A stretch of DNA of 55,411 bases, taken from contig JAFVZV010000015.1 in the NCBI GenBank assembly GCA_017507985.1, positions 1 through 55,411 of the forward strand, written 5' to 3'. Below the pieces are notes generated by a model. The model worked only from the letters and a program-made list of their open reading frames with translations. It had not been told where the DNA came from and searched no databases. Positions 1 through 9,021 of this stretch are shown here, piece by piece. Both the position numbers and the translations under genes were made by a program. This DNA is from Clostridia bacterium (GTDB lineage Bacteria; Bacillota; Clostridia; Oscillospirales; CAG-272). Within the stretch, counting starts at the first letter, position 1. Each line of letters begins with the position of its first letter.

Positions 1-1
1 A

Positions 2-229
2 GTTCGTTCTCTCGCAGAGAAAATGATTACACTTGGCAAGAAGAATACGCTTGCTTCCCGCCGTGCTGCTCTTGCATTCATTACCAAGGAGGCTGTTGTC
101 ACTAAGGTGTTCAACGAGCTGGCTCCCAAGTATGCAGAGCGCCAGGGTGGTTACACCCAGATCTTCAAGATCGGTCCTCGTCGCGGTGATGCTGCCGAAA
201 TGGCAATCATCAAGCTGATCGAAGACTAA
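2..229 (+). CDS. rplQ: 50S ribosomal protein L17, C-terminal part (5' end outside window)
   Basis: Frame is open from the window edge. ..[43 protein letters not shown] is the conserved L17 C-terminus. A hairpin terminator follows. Confidence 0.9.
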   Translation, partial: VRSLAEKMITLGKKNTLASRRAALAFITKEAVVTKVFNELAPKYAERQGGYTQIFKIGPRRGDAAEMAIIKLIED

Positions 230-249
230 TTTTGAACGATCGGAATAAA

Positions 250-289
250 AAGAACAGCCGTGAGGAGTTCCTTGCGGCTGTTCTTTTTG
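250..289 (+). terminator. Rho-independent terminator after rplQ
   Basis: aagaacagccg (250-260) pairs with cggctgttctt (275-285), followed by a T-run. Confidence 0.8.
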
Positions 290-333
290 CTTGCAAAAAG
301 CAAATATGGCATTTGAAGCGGGGGGCTAATCAT

Positions 334-543
334 TTATATTAGAAATTGTCCCAGGTTATTCACAAGTGCTTGCATTTCCTCGCGTGAGTGGATGCGGGAC
401 GCCTGCTCGATCAAGCGCTGCCGTGCGGCGTCAGATAATTTGGCATAGTCTGTCATGACGTGCATATTCTGGGCGAGAGCCATCATAAGACCTGTTGGAA
501 GGGGGGGCTCGCAGATATTTGCGTTGTTTGTTTGATCGTTCAT
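334..543 (-). CDS. small hypothetical protein (69 aa)
   Basis: ATG is preceded by GGAGG (553-557 on minus strand) about 9 nt upstream. The sequence is non-repetitive (..LSDAARQRLIEQASRIHSREEMQALVNNL). I cannot name a family. Confidence 0.6.
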   Translation of the reverse strand: MNDQTNNANICEPPLPTGLMMALAQNMHVMTDYAKLSDAARQRLIEQASRIHSREEMQALVNNLGQFLI

Positions 544-671
544 GGTGAATTACCTCCGTAAATATAGTATTAAACAATAGAGCACAAGGCATACCGTGGG
601 GAAAACGGCAAGTTTTGGAAGAAAGAATGTAAAAATTTTAACGAATTTACCCACCTTTTGCCATAAATCCC

Positions 672-700
672 TTGCAAATAAACAACTTTTCATGTATAAT
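672..700 (+). promoter_or_regulatory. sigmaA-type promoter for mrp-gpmI-maa
   Basis: TTGCAA (672-677), 17 nt spacer, TATAAT (695-700). A 95-nt leader runs to ATG 796. Confidence 0.7.
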
Positions 701-795
701 AGGAGTGTTAGGCTTTTGATAGCACAATACTATAGTCAAGAAATATCCCGACAGGCGAAATCGCACCATGCCGAGATCAAAAGAAAGGAATTAAA

Positions 796-1635
796 ATGTC
801 AGAATGTACTCATGATTGCTCGACGTGCTCGAGCAACTGTTCTTCCAGAAAAGAAGCACAGTCGCTGATCGCGCCCTTGTGCGAGCTCAGCAACGTCAAA
901 CACGTGATTGGTATTGTCAGTGGTAAGGGCGGCGTCGGTAAGTCGCTGGTCACCTCCATGCTGGCGGTCAATATGCAACGCGAGGGCTACAAGGTCGGTA
1001 TTCTGGATGCCGATATTACCGGCCCCTCTATTCCTAAGGCGTTTGGTCTGAAAAAGCCGGTTGAGGGCGATGGCCAATATATGATTCCTCCCTCGACGAC
1101 CACGGGCATTGATATCATGTCTGCCAATCTGTTGCTTGAAGACGACGAAAAGCCCGTCATTTGGCGTGGCTCGCTGATCGCAGGTACGGTAAAGCAGTTC
1201 TGGAGCGATACGATTTGGAACGATATCGATTATTTGTTTGTTGACTGCCCTCCCGGAACGGGTGATGTTCCGCTGACGGTGTTCCAGTCTATTCCTCTTG
1301 ATGGCATCGTGATTGTCACCAGCCCTCAGGAGCTGGTCTCCATGATCGTGGCCAAGGCTGCCAACATGGCGAAAATGATGAACGTTCCCGTATTGGGATT
1401 GGTTGAAAACCACAGCTACGTCAAATGTCCCGATTGCGGCAAGGAGATCCACATTTTTGGAGAGAGCCATATCGACGAAACGGCTGAAAAGTTTGGCTTT
1501 GATGTGCTGGCTCGCATTCCTCTGGATCATAAGCTGGCAGCATTGGTCGATAAGGGCTGGATCGAAATGATGCAGAATGATTATCTCGATGCGGCAACCC
1601 AGGTACTGATCAATCGCACGCAGAACAAGCAGTAA
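796..1635 (+). CDS. mrp: Mrp/NBP35-family Fe-S cluster carrier ATPase
   Basis: Deviant Walker A GKGGVGKS, Cys-rich N-terminus CTHDCSTCSSNC, C-terminal CPDCG motif, RBS AAAGGAA. Confidence 0.9.
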   Translation: MSECTHDCSTCSSNCSSRKEAQSLIAPLCELSNVKHVIGIVSGKGGVGKSLVTSMLAVNMQREGYKVGILDADITGPSIPKAFGLKKPVEGDGQYMIPPSTTTGIDIMSANLLLEDDEKPVIWRGSLIAGTVKQFWSDTIWNDIDYLFVDCPPGTGDVPLTVFQSIPLDGIVIVTSPQELVSMIVAKAANMAKMMNVPVLGLVENHSYVKCPDCGKEIHIFGESHIDETAEKFGFDVLARIPLDHKLAALVDKGWIEMMQNDYLDAATQVLINRTQNKQ

Positions 1636-1652
1636 GACAAAGGAGTATTGAT

Positions 1653-3311
1653 ATGAAAAAACTCAATAAGCTCAAGAATTTCAAGGGTGTACAAGGCCCT
1701 GTTGTGACCATCGTAATGGATGGCGTCGGCATTGCTCCCGATTCGCTTGCCAACGCAGTTAAAGGAGCATACACTCCCACACTGGATATGCTGATGCAAA
1801 ACTATCCCACCGTTTCCCTCAAAGCGCACGGCACGGCTGTTGGTCTGCCTTCCGATGACGATATGGGTAACTCGGAGGTTGGACACAATGCTCTTGGCGC
1901 AGGCCAGGTATTTGCACAAGGAGCTAAGTTGGTGTCGAATTCCATTGAGTCTGGCAAAATGTACGCCTCCGATACTTGGAAAACGCTGGTGAATGGCGTA
2001 AAAGAGAAGGCAAGCACGCTCCACTTTATCGGTCTGTTCTCGGACGGTAACGTTCACTCGCACATCGATCACCTCAAGGCCATGCTGACTCAGGCCAAGG
2101 CCGAAGGCGTGAGCAAGGTTCGTGTTCACATCCTGTTGGACGGTCGTGACGTTGATCCTACGTCTGCGCTGGAATATGTTTTGCCCTTTGAGGCATTCAT
2201 GGGAGAGCTGCGCGACGATGCCTTTGATATTTGCATTGCGTCCGGTGGTGGCCGTATGAAGATCACCATGGATAGATATGAGGCTAACTGGAGCATGGTC
2301 GAGGCCGGCTGGAAAACACACGTCCTGGGCGAAGGTCGCACCTTTGCAACTGCTCAGGAGGCCATCAACACCTATCGCACCGAGATTCCCGGTATTCTGG
2401 ACCAGGATCTGCCTGCCTTTGTCATTGCCGCTGACGGTAATCCTGTCGGCACGATCGAGGATGGTGACAGCGTCATTTTCTACAACTTCCGTGGTGACCG
2501 CTCCATTGAGATCTCCAAGGCATTTGATGGCGATGAGGGCTTTGATGCCTTTGACCGCGTTCGTGTTCCTAATGTGCTGTATGCCGGTATGCTGGAATAC
2601 GATGGGGATTTGCATATTCCTCACCGCTTCCTCGTTAATCCTCCCGAAATTACCAATACCATGTCCGAATATCTTGCCAACACGGGCGTTTCCCAGTTGG
2701 CGATCTCCGAAACCCAGAAGTACGGTCACGTGACCTATTTCTGGAACGGCAACCGTTCGGGCAAGTTCTCCGAAGAACTGGAAACGTATATTGAAATTCC
2801 TTCCGATGTTGTTCCCTTTGAACAGCGCCCTTGGATGAAGTGTGCGGAAATCACCGACACGCTCATCGACTGCTTGGAGAGCGGCAAATATAAGTATTTG
2901 CGCGTCAATTTCCCCAACGGTGACATGGTCGGTCACACAGGATCGCTTCTGGCAACCCGGTGCTCCATGGAGGCGTTGGATCTGCAGTTGGCACGCATTC
3001 TTCCTGTCATTGACCGTCTGGGCGGCGTGGCTCTCATCACGGCTGACCACGGCAACGCCGATGAGATGTTTGAGGTGGATAAGAAGACAGGCGCGCCCAA
3101 ACTGGACAAGAAGGGCAATATGATTCCCAAGACCTCGCACACGCTTAACCGCGTGCCCTGCATTCTGTACAATAACGTTTGTGCGGACGCTTATACCGTC
3201 AAGGCGGATGAGGGGCAGTTTGGTCTTGCCAATGTAGCGGCAACCATGGTCAATCTTATGGGTTACGAAGCGCCCGAAATGTGGAACGAGTCCATTATCG
3301 AAGTAAAGTAA
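1653..3311 (+). CDS. gpmI: 2,3-bisphosphoglycerate-independent phosphoglycerate mutase (long 552-aa form)
   Basis: [35 protein letters not shown] and [11 protein letters not shown] motifs of iPGM. RBS AAAGGAG. Confidence 0.9.
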   Translation: [552 protein letters not shown]

Positions 3312-3312
3312 G

Positions 3313-3897
3313 ATGACGGAAAAGGAAAAGCGGGATCTGGGGCAGATCTACAATCCCAACTACGATCGTGAGCTGGGACGTGAGATCGTCGCCTGCAAGC
3401 AGCGTTGCTTTGAGTACAATCAGCTCGGCCCTGTTCACATGGATGAGCGCGCCGCGATGATCCGCGAGATTTTGGGAAAGACCAAGGAAAACGTGACCGT
3501 GCTGTCGCCCTTCTGGTGCGACTACGGCTACAATATTGAGGTGGGTGAAAACTTTTTTGCCAACCACAATCTCGTCATTCTCGACGGTGCCAAGGTCACC
3601 TTTGGCGACAACGTGTTTATTGCGCCCGATTGCGGCTTTTACACCGCAGGGCATCCCGTCAATATCAACGACCGCAACGCGGGGCTGGAATACGCCAAGC
3701 CCATTACGGTCGGCGATAACGTCTGGATCGGCGGTGGCGTCAGGGTTCTGCCCGGCGTGACCATCGGAAGCAACGTCATCATCGGCGCGGGAAGCGTCGT
3801 AACGCACGACATTCCCGACGGTGTGATCGCCTTTGGCAATCCTTGCCGCGTGCACCGAGAGGTTTCAAAAGAAGAGCTTTTCGGCGAGAAACAATAA
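3313..3897 (+). CDS. maa: sugar (maltose/galactoside-type) O-acetyltransferase, hexapeptide-repeat family
   Basis: Maa/LacA-like N-terminus (YNPNYDRELGREIVACKQRCFEYN) and left-handed beta-helix hexapeptide repeats (VGDNVWIGGGVRVLPGVTIGSNVIIGAGSVV). Starts 1 nt after the gpmI stop. Confidence 0.8.
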   Translation: MTEKEKRDLGQIYNPNYDRELGREIVACKQRCFEYNQLGPVHMDERAAMIREILGKTKENVTVLSPFWCDYGYNIEVGENFFANHNLVILDGAKVTFGDNVFIAPDCGFYTAGHPVNINDRNAGLEYAKPITVGDNVWIGGGVRVLPGVTIGSNVIIGAGSVVTHDIPDGVIAFGNPCRVHREVSKEELFGEKQ

Positions 3898-3906
3898 TAT
3901 GCTTAA

Positions 3907-3940
3907 GAAACGGTACGAATAAGTGCCGTTTCTTTTTTTT
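3907..3940 (+). terminator. Rho-independent terminator after maa
   Basis: gaaacggtac (3907-3916) pairs with gtgccgtttc (3923-3932, one G-U), followed by T8. Confidence 0.8.
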
Positions 3941-3970
3941 ATCTCTGCTGTTAAAAATTCAAAAACGCTA

Positions 3971-3999
3971 TTGACACGGCGTGCACTTTATGCTATACT
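3971..3999 (+). promoter_or_regulatory. sigmaA-type promoter of the GntR/ABC operon
   Basis: TTGACA (3971-3976), 17 nt spacer, TATACT (3994-3999). The spacer contains a GTGCACT motif. Confidence 0.75.
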
Positions 4000-4002
4000 A
4001 AA

Positions 4003-4027
4003 AGTGCACTATATGATATAGTGCACT
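4003..4027 (+). promoter_or_regulatory. candidate operator: perfect 12+1+12 palindrome
   Basis: agtgcactatat-g-atatagtgcact lies immediately downstream of the -10. Further GTGCACT/ATGCACT copies sit at 3981-3987 and 4030-4036. Confidence 0.65.
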
Positions 4028-4054
4028 TAATGCACTCAGAAAGGAAGGGATGCC

Positions 4055-4450
4055 ATGCTACTGATCGATAAATTTTCAAGCAAGCCTGTGTACGAGCAGC
4101 TCATCGAAGGCATCGAACGGGACATTCTTATCGGTACGTTTGCCGAAGGAGCTCAATTGCCGTCACTGCGTGAACTGTCAGCCATGCTGTCGGTTAATCC
4201 CAATACCATACAGAAAAGCTATGCCGAGCTGATGCGACGGGGCATCATTCAATCGGCACACGGTAGCGGCTGTTACGTTGCCGTCGGTGCCAAGGATATT
4301 TTGCGTCGTGAGGCTGCAGGGAGACTTGGCGAGCTGACTGCTCTCGTCCGCGAACTATGTCTGGCGGGCGTGTCGGCACAGGATATTGTTGCCACGGCTG
4401 TTGAAGCGGCCAACGGCTATAACGAACATGAAGGAGGGAATAGACAATGA
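4055..4450 (+). CDS. GntR-family transcriptional regulator, short YtrA-like subfamily
   Basis: N-terminal GntR wHTH (PVYEQLIEGIERDILIGTFAEGAQLPSLRELSAMLSVNPNTIQKSYAELMRRGII) with a short C-terminal part. First gene of an ABC operon. Confidence 0.85.
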   Translation: MLLIDKFSSKPVYEQLIEGIERDILIGTFAEGAQLPSLRELSAMLSVNPNTIQKSYAELMRRGIIQSAHGSGCYVAVGAKDILRREAAGRLGELTALVRELCLAGVSAQDIVATAVEAANGYNEHEGGNRQ

Positions 4451-5361
4451 TCGTTGCCAATGAGGTCACCATGAAGTTTTATACGCCTGGCAAAGCGCCG
4501 TTCGTTGCGCTGGACAGCCTGTCCTGCCAAATCCCCCGTGGCTGTATCTATGGCATGATCGGCGCCAACGGCTCGGGTAAATCCACCTTTTTGCGTCTGC
4601 TTTCGGGTGTGTATCGCCCTGCGAGCGGCAGCATTACGATCGACGATATGCCCGTCTGGGACAATCCTGCGGCCAAATCGCGCATCGTTTACATCCCTGA
4701 CGATCTGTATTTTCTACCCCAATCGTCCATGAAGGACATGGCGCGTATGTACCGGGCGCTGTATCCGAGCTTTAACTACGACCGCTTCCACAAGCTGAGC
4801 GAGACCTTCAAGCTCGATCCGACGGCCAATCTGAACACCTTTTCCAAAGGTATGCGCCGTCAGGCGGCGGCCATTCTGGGGCTTTCGTCCATGCCCGATT
4901 ATCTGTTCTTTGACGAGACGTTTGATGGTCTTGACCCCGTTATGAGAGGCCTTGTCAAGCAGGTCATCTACCGCGACGTCATCGAGCGTAACACGACGAC
5001 CATCATCACCTCCCACTCGCTTCACGAGCTGGAGGATACCTGTGACCAGCTGGCGCTGCTCCACCGCGGCGGTATCATCTTCCAGTCGGACGTTCAGGAT
5101 CTAAAAACCTCGCTCTTTAAGGTACAGACGGCCTTTGCCTCGCCCTTTACCAAGGAGAAATTCGAGGGGCTGAACATTTTGTCCTACACCCAGATGGGCA
5201 GTGTATGTACCTTCATTCTGCGCGGCGATCGAGCCGCGACCGAAGCGCACATCCGCGCGATGTCGCCGCTGTTGCTTGATATTTTGCCGCTGACGCTGGA
5301 GGAGGTCTTCGTCTACGAGATGGAGGCGCTGGGCTATTCCTTCAAGGATATTTTGATGTAA
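4447..5361 (+). CDS. ABC transporter ATP-binding protein
   Basis: Walker A GANGSGKST, signature-like FSKGMRRQ, Walker B LFFDETFDGLD. ATGA overlap with the GntR stop; RBS GGAGGG. Confidence 0.85.
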   Translation: MIVANEVTMKFYTPGKAPFVALDSLSCQIPRGCIYGMIGANGSGKSTFLRLLSGVYRPASGSITIDDMPVWDNPAAKSRIVYIPDDLYFLPQSSMKDMARMYRALYPSFNYDRFHKLSETFKLDPTANLNTFSKGMRRQAAAILGLSSMPDYLFFDETFDGLDPVMRGLVKQVIYRDVIERNTTTIITSHSLHELEDTCDQLALLHRGGIIFQSDVQDLKTSLFKVQTAFASPFTKEKFEGLNILSYTQMGSVCTFILRGDRAATEAHIRAMSPLLLDILPLTLEEVFVYEMEALGYSFKDILM

Positions 5362-5374
5362 GGAGGTCAGGACC

Positions 5375-7468
5375 GTGAAAAACAAGATATTTGATTTTCG
5401 TTTGTATTTGCAGGGGCTTGGCCGCCTGCGTGTCATTGGTATTGCTTTGGCAATCTTGTGTCTGACTGTTTCCATCCTTGTGCCGACGGTGCGCTGGTTG
5501 GACGGCCCGGGTCCGAATTATCAAGTGGAGTATCCTCTCGACGGGGATGAGCTTGTGCTCGAGGGCTCCGCTCAAACGTGGCATGACTTTGATGGTTTAA
5601 CAGAAAACGGCAAATGGGAAGCCACTTGGGTGCAGGAAGCCATTTCCGACGAGGTTACGATCATTCCCGTTTTGGTGGCATCTTACCTTTCCCCCGTCCT
5701 TATGTTGATGATGTTTTCGTTTTTGAACAAGCGTAAGGAATCGGACTTTTATCATGCCATTCCGTTTACGCGCGGTTGTGTTTATACCAGCTTTGTCGCT
5801 GCCGTGTTGACATGGGTCTGGGGTGTACTGATCCTCAGCAGTCTTTCGGCGGCTCTTGTCTGGGCACTGTGCCCTTACGTTACCTTTTCATTTGGTGGCT
5901 TGATCGGCAAAATGCTGCTTGCCTGCCTCAATGCTGCACTCCTGTCCGCCTTTGCTGCGGTTGCTGTGTCGCTGACAGGCACCTCGAGTACCGCCATCAT
6001 CACAAGCTTACTGGTCACTTGGATTTGGCGTATCGTGATGTTGTTTACTCTTTTGTGTCTGGAGTGCGTGCTGTTCCTGACCCCCGTCGATACGATATGG
6101 GGCGGTTACTTTAGTCTGGAATTTTGGTTGCCCGTTACTCTCATTACGGGTGGAAATAGACCGGTGGTGATCATTTATGCCGTTCTTGTAACGCTTGCCA
6201 TGTTCGCGCTGGGCGGCGTGCTTTACAGCAAGCGTCGCAGCGAACTGGCAGGGCGCTCGGTACCGGGGCGGTTCGTGCACAATCTTTTGCGTTGTATGAT
6301 GACCTTACCTATAGCGTTGTTGTTGATCTATCAGATCATAGATGGAAATGACTTTACTACGATATTGATCATATTCGTTTGTATGTTGCTCGTGTTCTAC
6401 CTGTACGAGCTACTGACGACCAAAAGTGCCCGCCGTATGTTCCGAGCCACACCGTGGTTGGGAGCGGTGGTTGGCGTGTGTGTCGTGTTCTTTGGAATAA
6501 TCCTTTTAAGTGGATACGTGGAGGAGCATGAACGTACCGACGCGGATCGCATACAATCGGTGGAGATTATGAATGTTGGCAATGTAGTCTCGGACAGCGT
6601 TGTTATCAATTCTTACGAAATGAGCCAAATCGGTCCAACAGACGATGCGGATATCATTGCCACTGTTGCCGATGCGTGGGAACGCACCCAAACGAATCCG
6701 CGCGGAGCGGGGGCGCTTTATGGCAAGAGGCTTGTCGTCCATATGAAGCTCAAGGGTGGAAGAAGGATCATTCGCGAGCTCAACTTCCCATGGGAGGACT
6801 ACTATTCTATGATGGGCGAGCTGAAGGAAAACGCCAATCCACAGCCCATTCCGTCCGATGAAATGATCAAAAAGTTGCAAATTTCTCCTTATAGTATGTA
6901 TAACACGACAAAGAACATTCGCGTTTCAGGCGAATGGCAGACACGTCTGATGCAAGCAATGCGAACGGACTATGCCAACATGACGCAGGAGCAAAGAAAA
7001 GGGCTGATTGACTACAGCGGACGCGAGATGCTTCGATTCTACATTACAACGGAAATAAACGGTAAGACGGCGATGTATTCGTACAGTATTCAGGAGAGCA
7101 TGCCGAATACCATACGCTTGCTGTACGAGATCTACGGATTACCGACGTACGGACGCGCCAAAGCGGCAAAATCCCTCATCCAAAGCTGGGGACAGGATCA
7201 AAGAAATACGATCACGATCGTTTCCGAAAACGGACACCATCAGCAAAATAGACTTGCCACCTCCAACGAGAAAGATTTGAATCAAGTCAAAAACATCTTG
7301 TTGAAGGCAATTGACCGCGCCCAAAACGAAAGCCAAGAGGGCTATGGAGTGTTGATCTATATCAACGGATGGGAGGAAGATATTGGTATTCCTGCCATGA
7401 TTATCGTCCCTGCCAGATTATATGCATCAGAATGGAAAATAATAGACGAGCTATTATTTAGCAAATAA
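5375..7468 (+). CDS. multi-pass membrane protein (putative ABC-2-like permease partner) with large C-terminal soluble domain
   Basis: GTG start 8 nt after GGAGG. About 390 aa of hydrophobic segments, then about 300 aa hydrophilic. Sits in the operon position of a YtrC/D-type permease. Confidence 0.65.
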   Translation: MKNKIFDFRLYLQGLGRLRVIGIALAILCLTVSILVPTVRWLDGPGPNYQVEYPLDGDELVLEGSAQTWHDFDGLTENGKWEATWVQEAISDEVTIIPVLVASYLSPVLMLMMFSFLNKRKESDFYHAIPFTRGCVYTSFVAAVLTWVWGVLILSSLSAALVWALCPYVTFSFGGLIGKMLLACLNAALLSAFAAVAVSLTGTSSTAIITSLLVTWIWRIVMLFTLLCLECVLFLTPVDTIWGGYFSLEFWLPVTLITGGNRPVVIIYAVLVTLAMFALGGVLYSKRRSELAGRSVPGRFVHNLLRCMMTLPIALLLIYQIIDGNDFTTILIIFVCMLLVFYLYELLTTKSARRMFRATPWLGAVVGVCVVFFGIILLSGYVEEHERTDADRIQSVEIMNVGNVVSDSVVINSYEMSQIGPTDDADIIATVADAWERTQTNPRGAGALYGKRLVVHMKLKGGRRIIRELNFPWEDYYSMMGELKENANPQPIPSDEMIKKLQISPYSMYNTTKNIRVSGEWQTRLMQAMRTDYANMTQEQRKGLIDYSGREMLRFYITTEINGKTAMYSYSIQESMPNTIRLLYEIYGLPTYGRAKAAKSLIQSWGQDQRNTITIVSENGHHQQNRLATSNEKDLNQVKNILLKAIDRAQNESQEGYGVLIYINGWEEDIGIPAMIIVPARLYASEWKIIDELLFSK

Positions 7469-7476
7469 AAGATTCT

Positions 7477-7512
7477 CCAAAGAGCTGCTCGGTCGGGCGG
7501 CTCTTTGGTTTT
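7477..7512 (+). terminator. Rho-independent terminator
   Basis: ccaaagagc (7477-7485) pairs with gctctttgg (7500-7508), followed by TTTT. Confidence 0.75.
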
Positions 7513-7526
7513 AGCAAACAAAATCA

Positions 7527-7555
7527 TTGACACCTGTGGCGAATTGTGTTATACT
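7527..7555 (+). promoter_or_regulatory. sigmaA-type promoter with extended -10
   Basis: TTGACA (7527-7532), 17 nt spacer ending in TGt, TATACT (7550-7555). Confidence 0.75.
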
Positions 7556-7598
7556 ATATAAGATAAATGCTTTTACCACAGGAAAGGAATTTGACATA

Positions 7599-8342
7599 AT
7601 GGAACATAATAACGTACTCGCCGTCGTTGGCGGCAAGCAGATTACAAACGCAGACGTGGACGCGATGATCGCTTCTATGGGACAGCAGGGTCAGGCTTAC
7701 ATGAGCCCCCAGGGCAGAGCCATGATTCTGGAGGAGCTGATCGCGCAGAAGCTGTTGTTGCTTGATGCAACCCGCAACCTCTACGAGCGTGAGCCCGCTT
7801 TCAAGGAACAGCTTGCACGCGTCAAGGAGGACCTTTTGATCAATTACGCCGTTGGCAAGGTGGTCTCGGGTGTCCGCGTTACCGACGACGAGGCAAAGAA
7901 GTTCTTTGACGAAAATCCCGACCAGTTCATGGGTCAGGAGACGGTCAGTGCCAGCCACATTCTCGTTGACAGCGAGGAAAAGGCAAACGAGCTGCTCGCC
8001 AAGATCACGGCAGGTGAGGTCAGTTTTGAGGACGCCGCACGCGAGAACAGCTCTTGTCCTTCCTCCCGCGAGGGCGGAAGCTTGGGCGAGTTTGGCCGAG
8101 GCCAGATGGTGCCCGAGTTTGATACCGCTTGCTTCGAGATGGAGGTCGGCGAGGTTCGCGGTCCCGTACAGACGCAGTTTGGCTATCATCTGATCCGTCT
8201 GGACGGCAAGAAGGCGGCAGAGACGTTGCACTTCGGTGACGTGCGCGAGGCTATCACCCGTCAGCTGACCATGGAAAAGCAGCAGGCGGCTTATCGCTCC
8301 AAGATCAATCAGCTCAAGATCTTGTATCCTGTCGAGCGCTGA
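7599..8342 (+). CDS. parvulin-type peptidyl-prolyl isomerase with SurA/PrsA-like N-domain (no signal peptide seen)
   Basis: Start at internal ATG behind GGAAAGGA. Rotamase motifs SASHILV, GGSLGEFGRGQMVPEFD, QTQFGYHLIRL. Confidence 0.85.
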   Translation: MEHNNVLAVVGGKQITNADVDAMIASMGQQGQAYMSPQGRAMILEELIAQKLLLLDATRNLYEREPAFKEQLARVKEDLLINYAVGKVVSGVRVTDDEAKKFFDENPDQFMGQETVSASHILVDSEEKANELLAKITAGEVSFEDAARENSSCPSSREGGSLGEFGRGQMVPEFDTACFEMEVGEVRGPVQTQFGYHLIRLDGKKAAETLHFGDVREAITRQLTMEKQQAAYRSKINQLKILYPVER

Positions 8343-8360
8343 TCATACAAAAAAAGATAC

Positions 8361-8390
8361 AACGGGGGTTAGCAAGTCTTGCCCCCGTTT
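8361..8390 (+). terminator. hairpin terminator after the PPIase gene
   Basis: aacggggg (8361-8368) pairs with cccccgtt (8382-8389). Only a short T-run follows. Confidence 0.6.
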
Positions 8391-8421
8391 GACGTAACGA
8401 AGCCAAAAGGAGGTCGTCCGT

Positions 8422-9021
8422 ATGACAAATACAGATCAAAGCTGGGAGGAGCTGCAGGCGCGCTGTCGCGACTGTCGTGCTTGCCCTCTGGGCGAGAGCC
8501 GCACCAATAATGTGTTTGGCACGGGTGACCGAGAGGCGGCCTTGATGTTCGTAGGTGAAGCACCCGGCGAGCAGGAGGATGCGACGGGGATTCCCTTTGT
8601 CGGTGCGGCGGGCAAGCTGCTCGATCGCTATCTATATGCGGTCGATCTGCCCCGCGATAAGGTATATATTGCCAACATCCTCAAATGCCGACCGCCCCGA
8701 AACCGCGATCCCGAAGAGAGCGAGCAGGACGCATGTATTGGATACTTGCGCGAGCAGTTTCGGCTGATCCGTCCGCGTGTGTTGGTCTGCCTTGGGCGCA
8801 TTGCCGCCATGCGACTTATCAAGCCCGATTTCCGCATCACACGCGAGCATGGCAAATGGTTTTATAAGGGCGGCATCTGGATGACGGCGGTCTATCACCC
8901 ATCGGCCCTGTTGCGTGATCCCTCCAAGCGTGAGGATATGCTGCGCGATATGTGGGAGATTCGCCACAAGCTGGAGGAGCTGGGTGTTGCTCCCGAGACA
9001 GCGGAGGAAACAAACAAATGA
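8422..9021 (+). CDS. udg: uracil-DNA glycosylase, family 4
   Basis: CRDCRACPL Fe-S cysteines, VGEAPGEQED and HPSALLR motifs. RBS AAAGGAGG. Confidence 0.85.
   Translation: MTNTDQSWEELQARCRDCRACPLGESRTNNVFGTGDREAALMFVGEAPGEQEDATGIPFVGAAGKLLDRYLYAVDLPRDKVYIANILKCRPPRNRDPEESEQDACIGYLREQFRLIRPRVLVCLGRIAAMRLIKPDFRITREHGKWFYKGGIWMTAVYHPSALLRDPSKREDMLRDMWEIRHKLEELGVAPETAEETNK

Noticed and set aside
565-594. A second sigmaG-like motif (GTATG-18-AATACTA, minus strand) upstream of the 69-aa ORF at 334-543.
   Set aside because: The first -10 position is A instead of C. The -10 ends only ~8 nt before the GGAGG RBS, so the transcript would start on the RBS. This is probably chance.
701-795. The 95-nt leader of mrp and the 95-nt leader of ptsH (34097-34191, with hairpin gtcggg..cccgac at 34117-34144), considered as possible riboswitches or attenuators.
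   Set aside because: I can recognise no known riboswitch core, no U-run after the hairpins, and no alternative pairing. These are noted only as unusually long leaders.
1581-3140. 519-aa ORF antisense to gpmI. Similar long antisense ORFs occur at 799-1530, 10830-11546, 13028-13573, 26413-27135, 34658-35674, 44601-45470 and 48274-49236.
   Set aside because: They lie opposite strongly conserved genes, have no RBS, and show Arg/Gly/Ala/His-rich low-information composition. This is typical of open antisense frames in GC-rich coding DNA.
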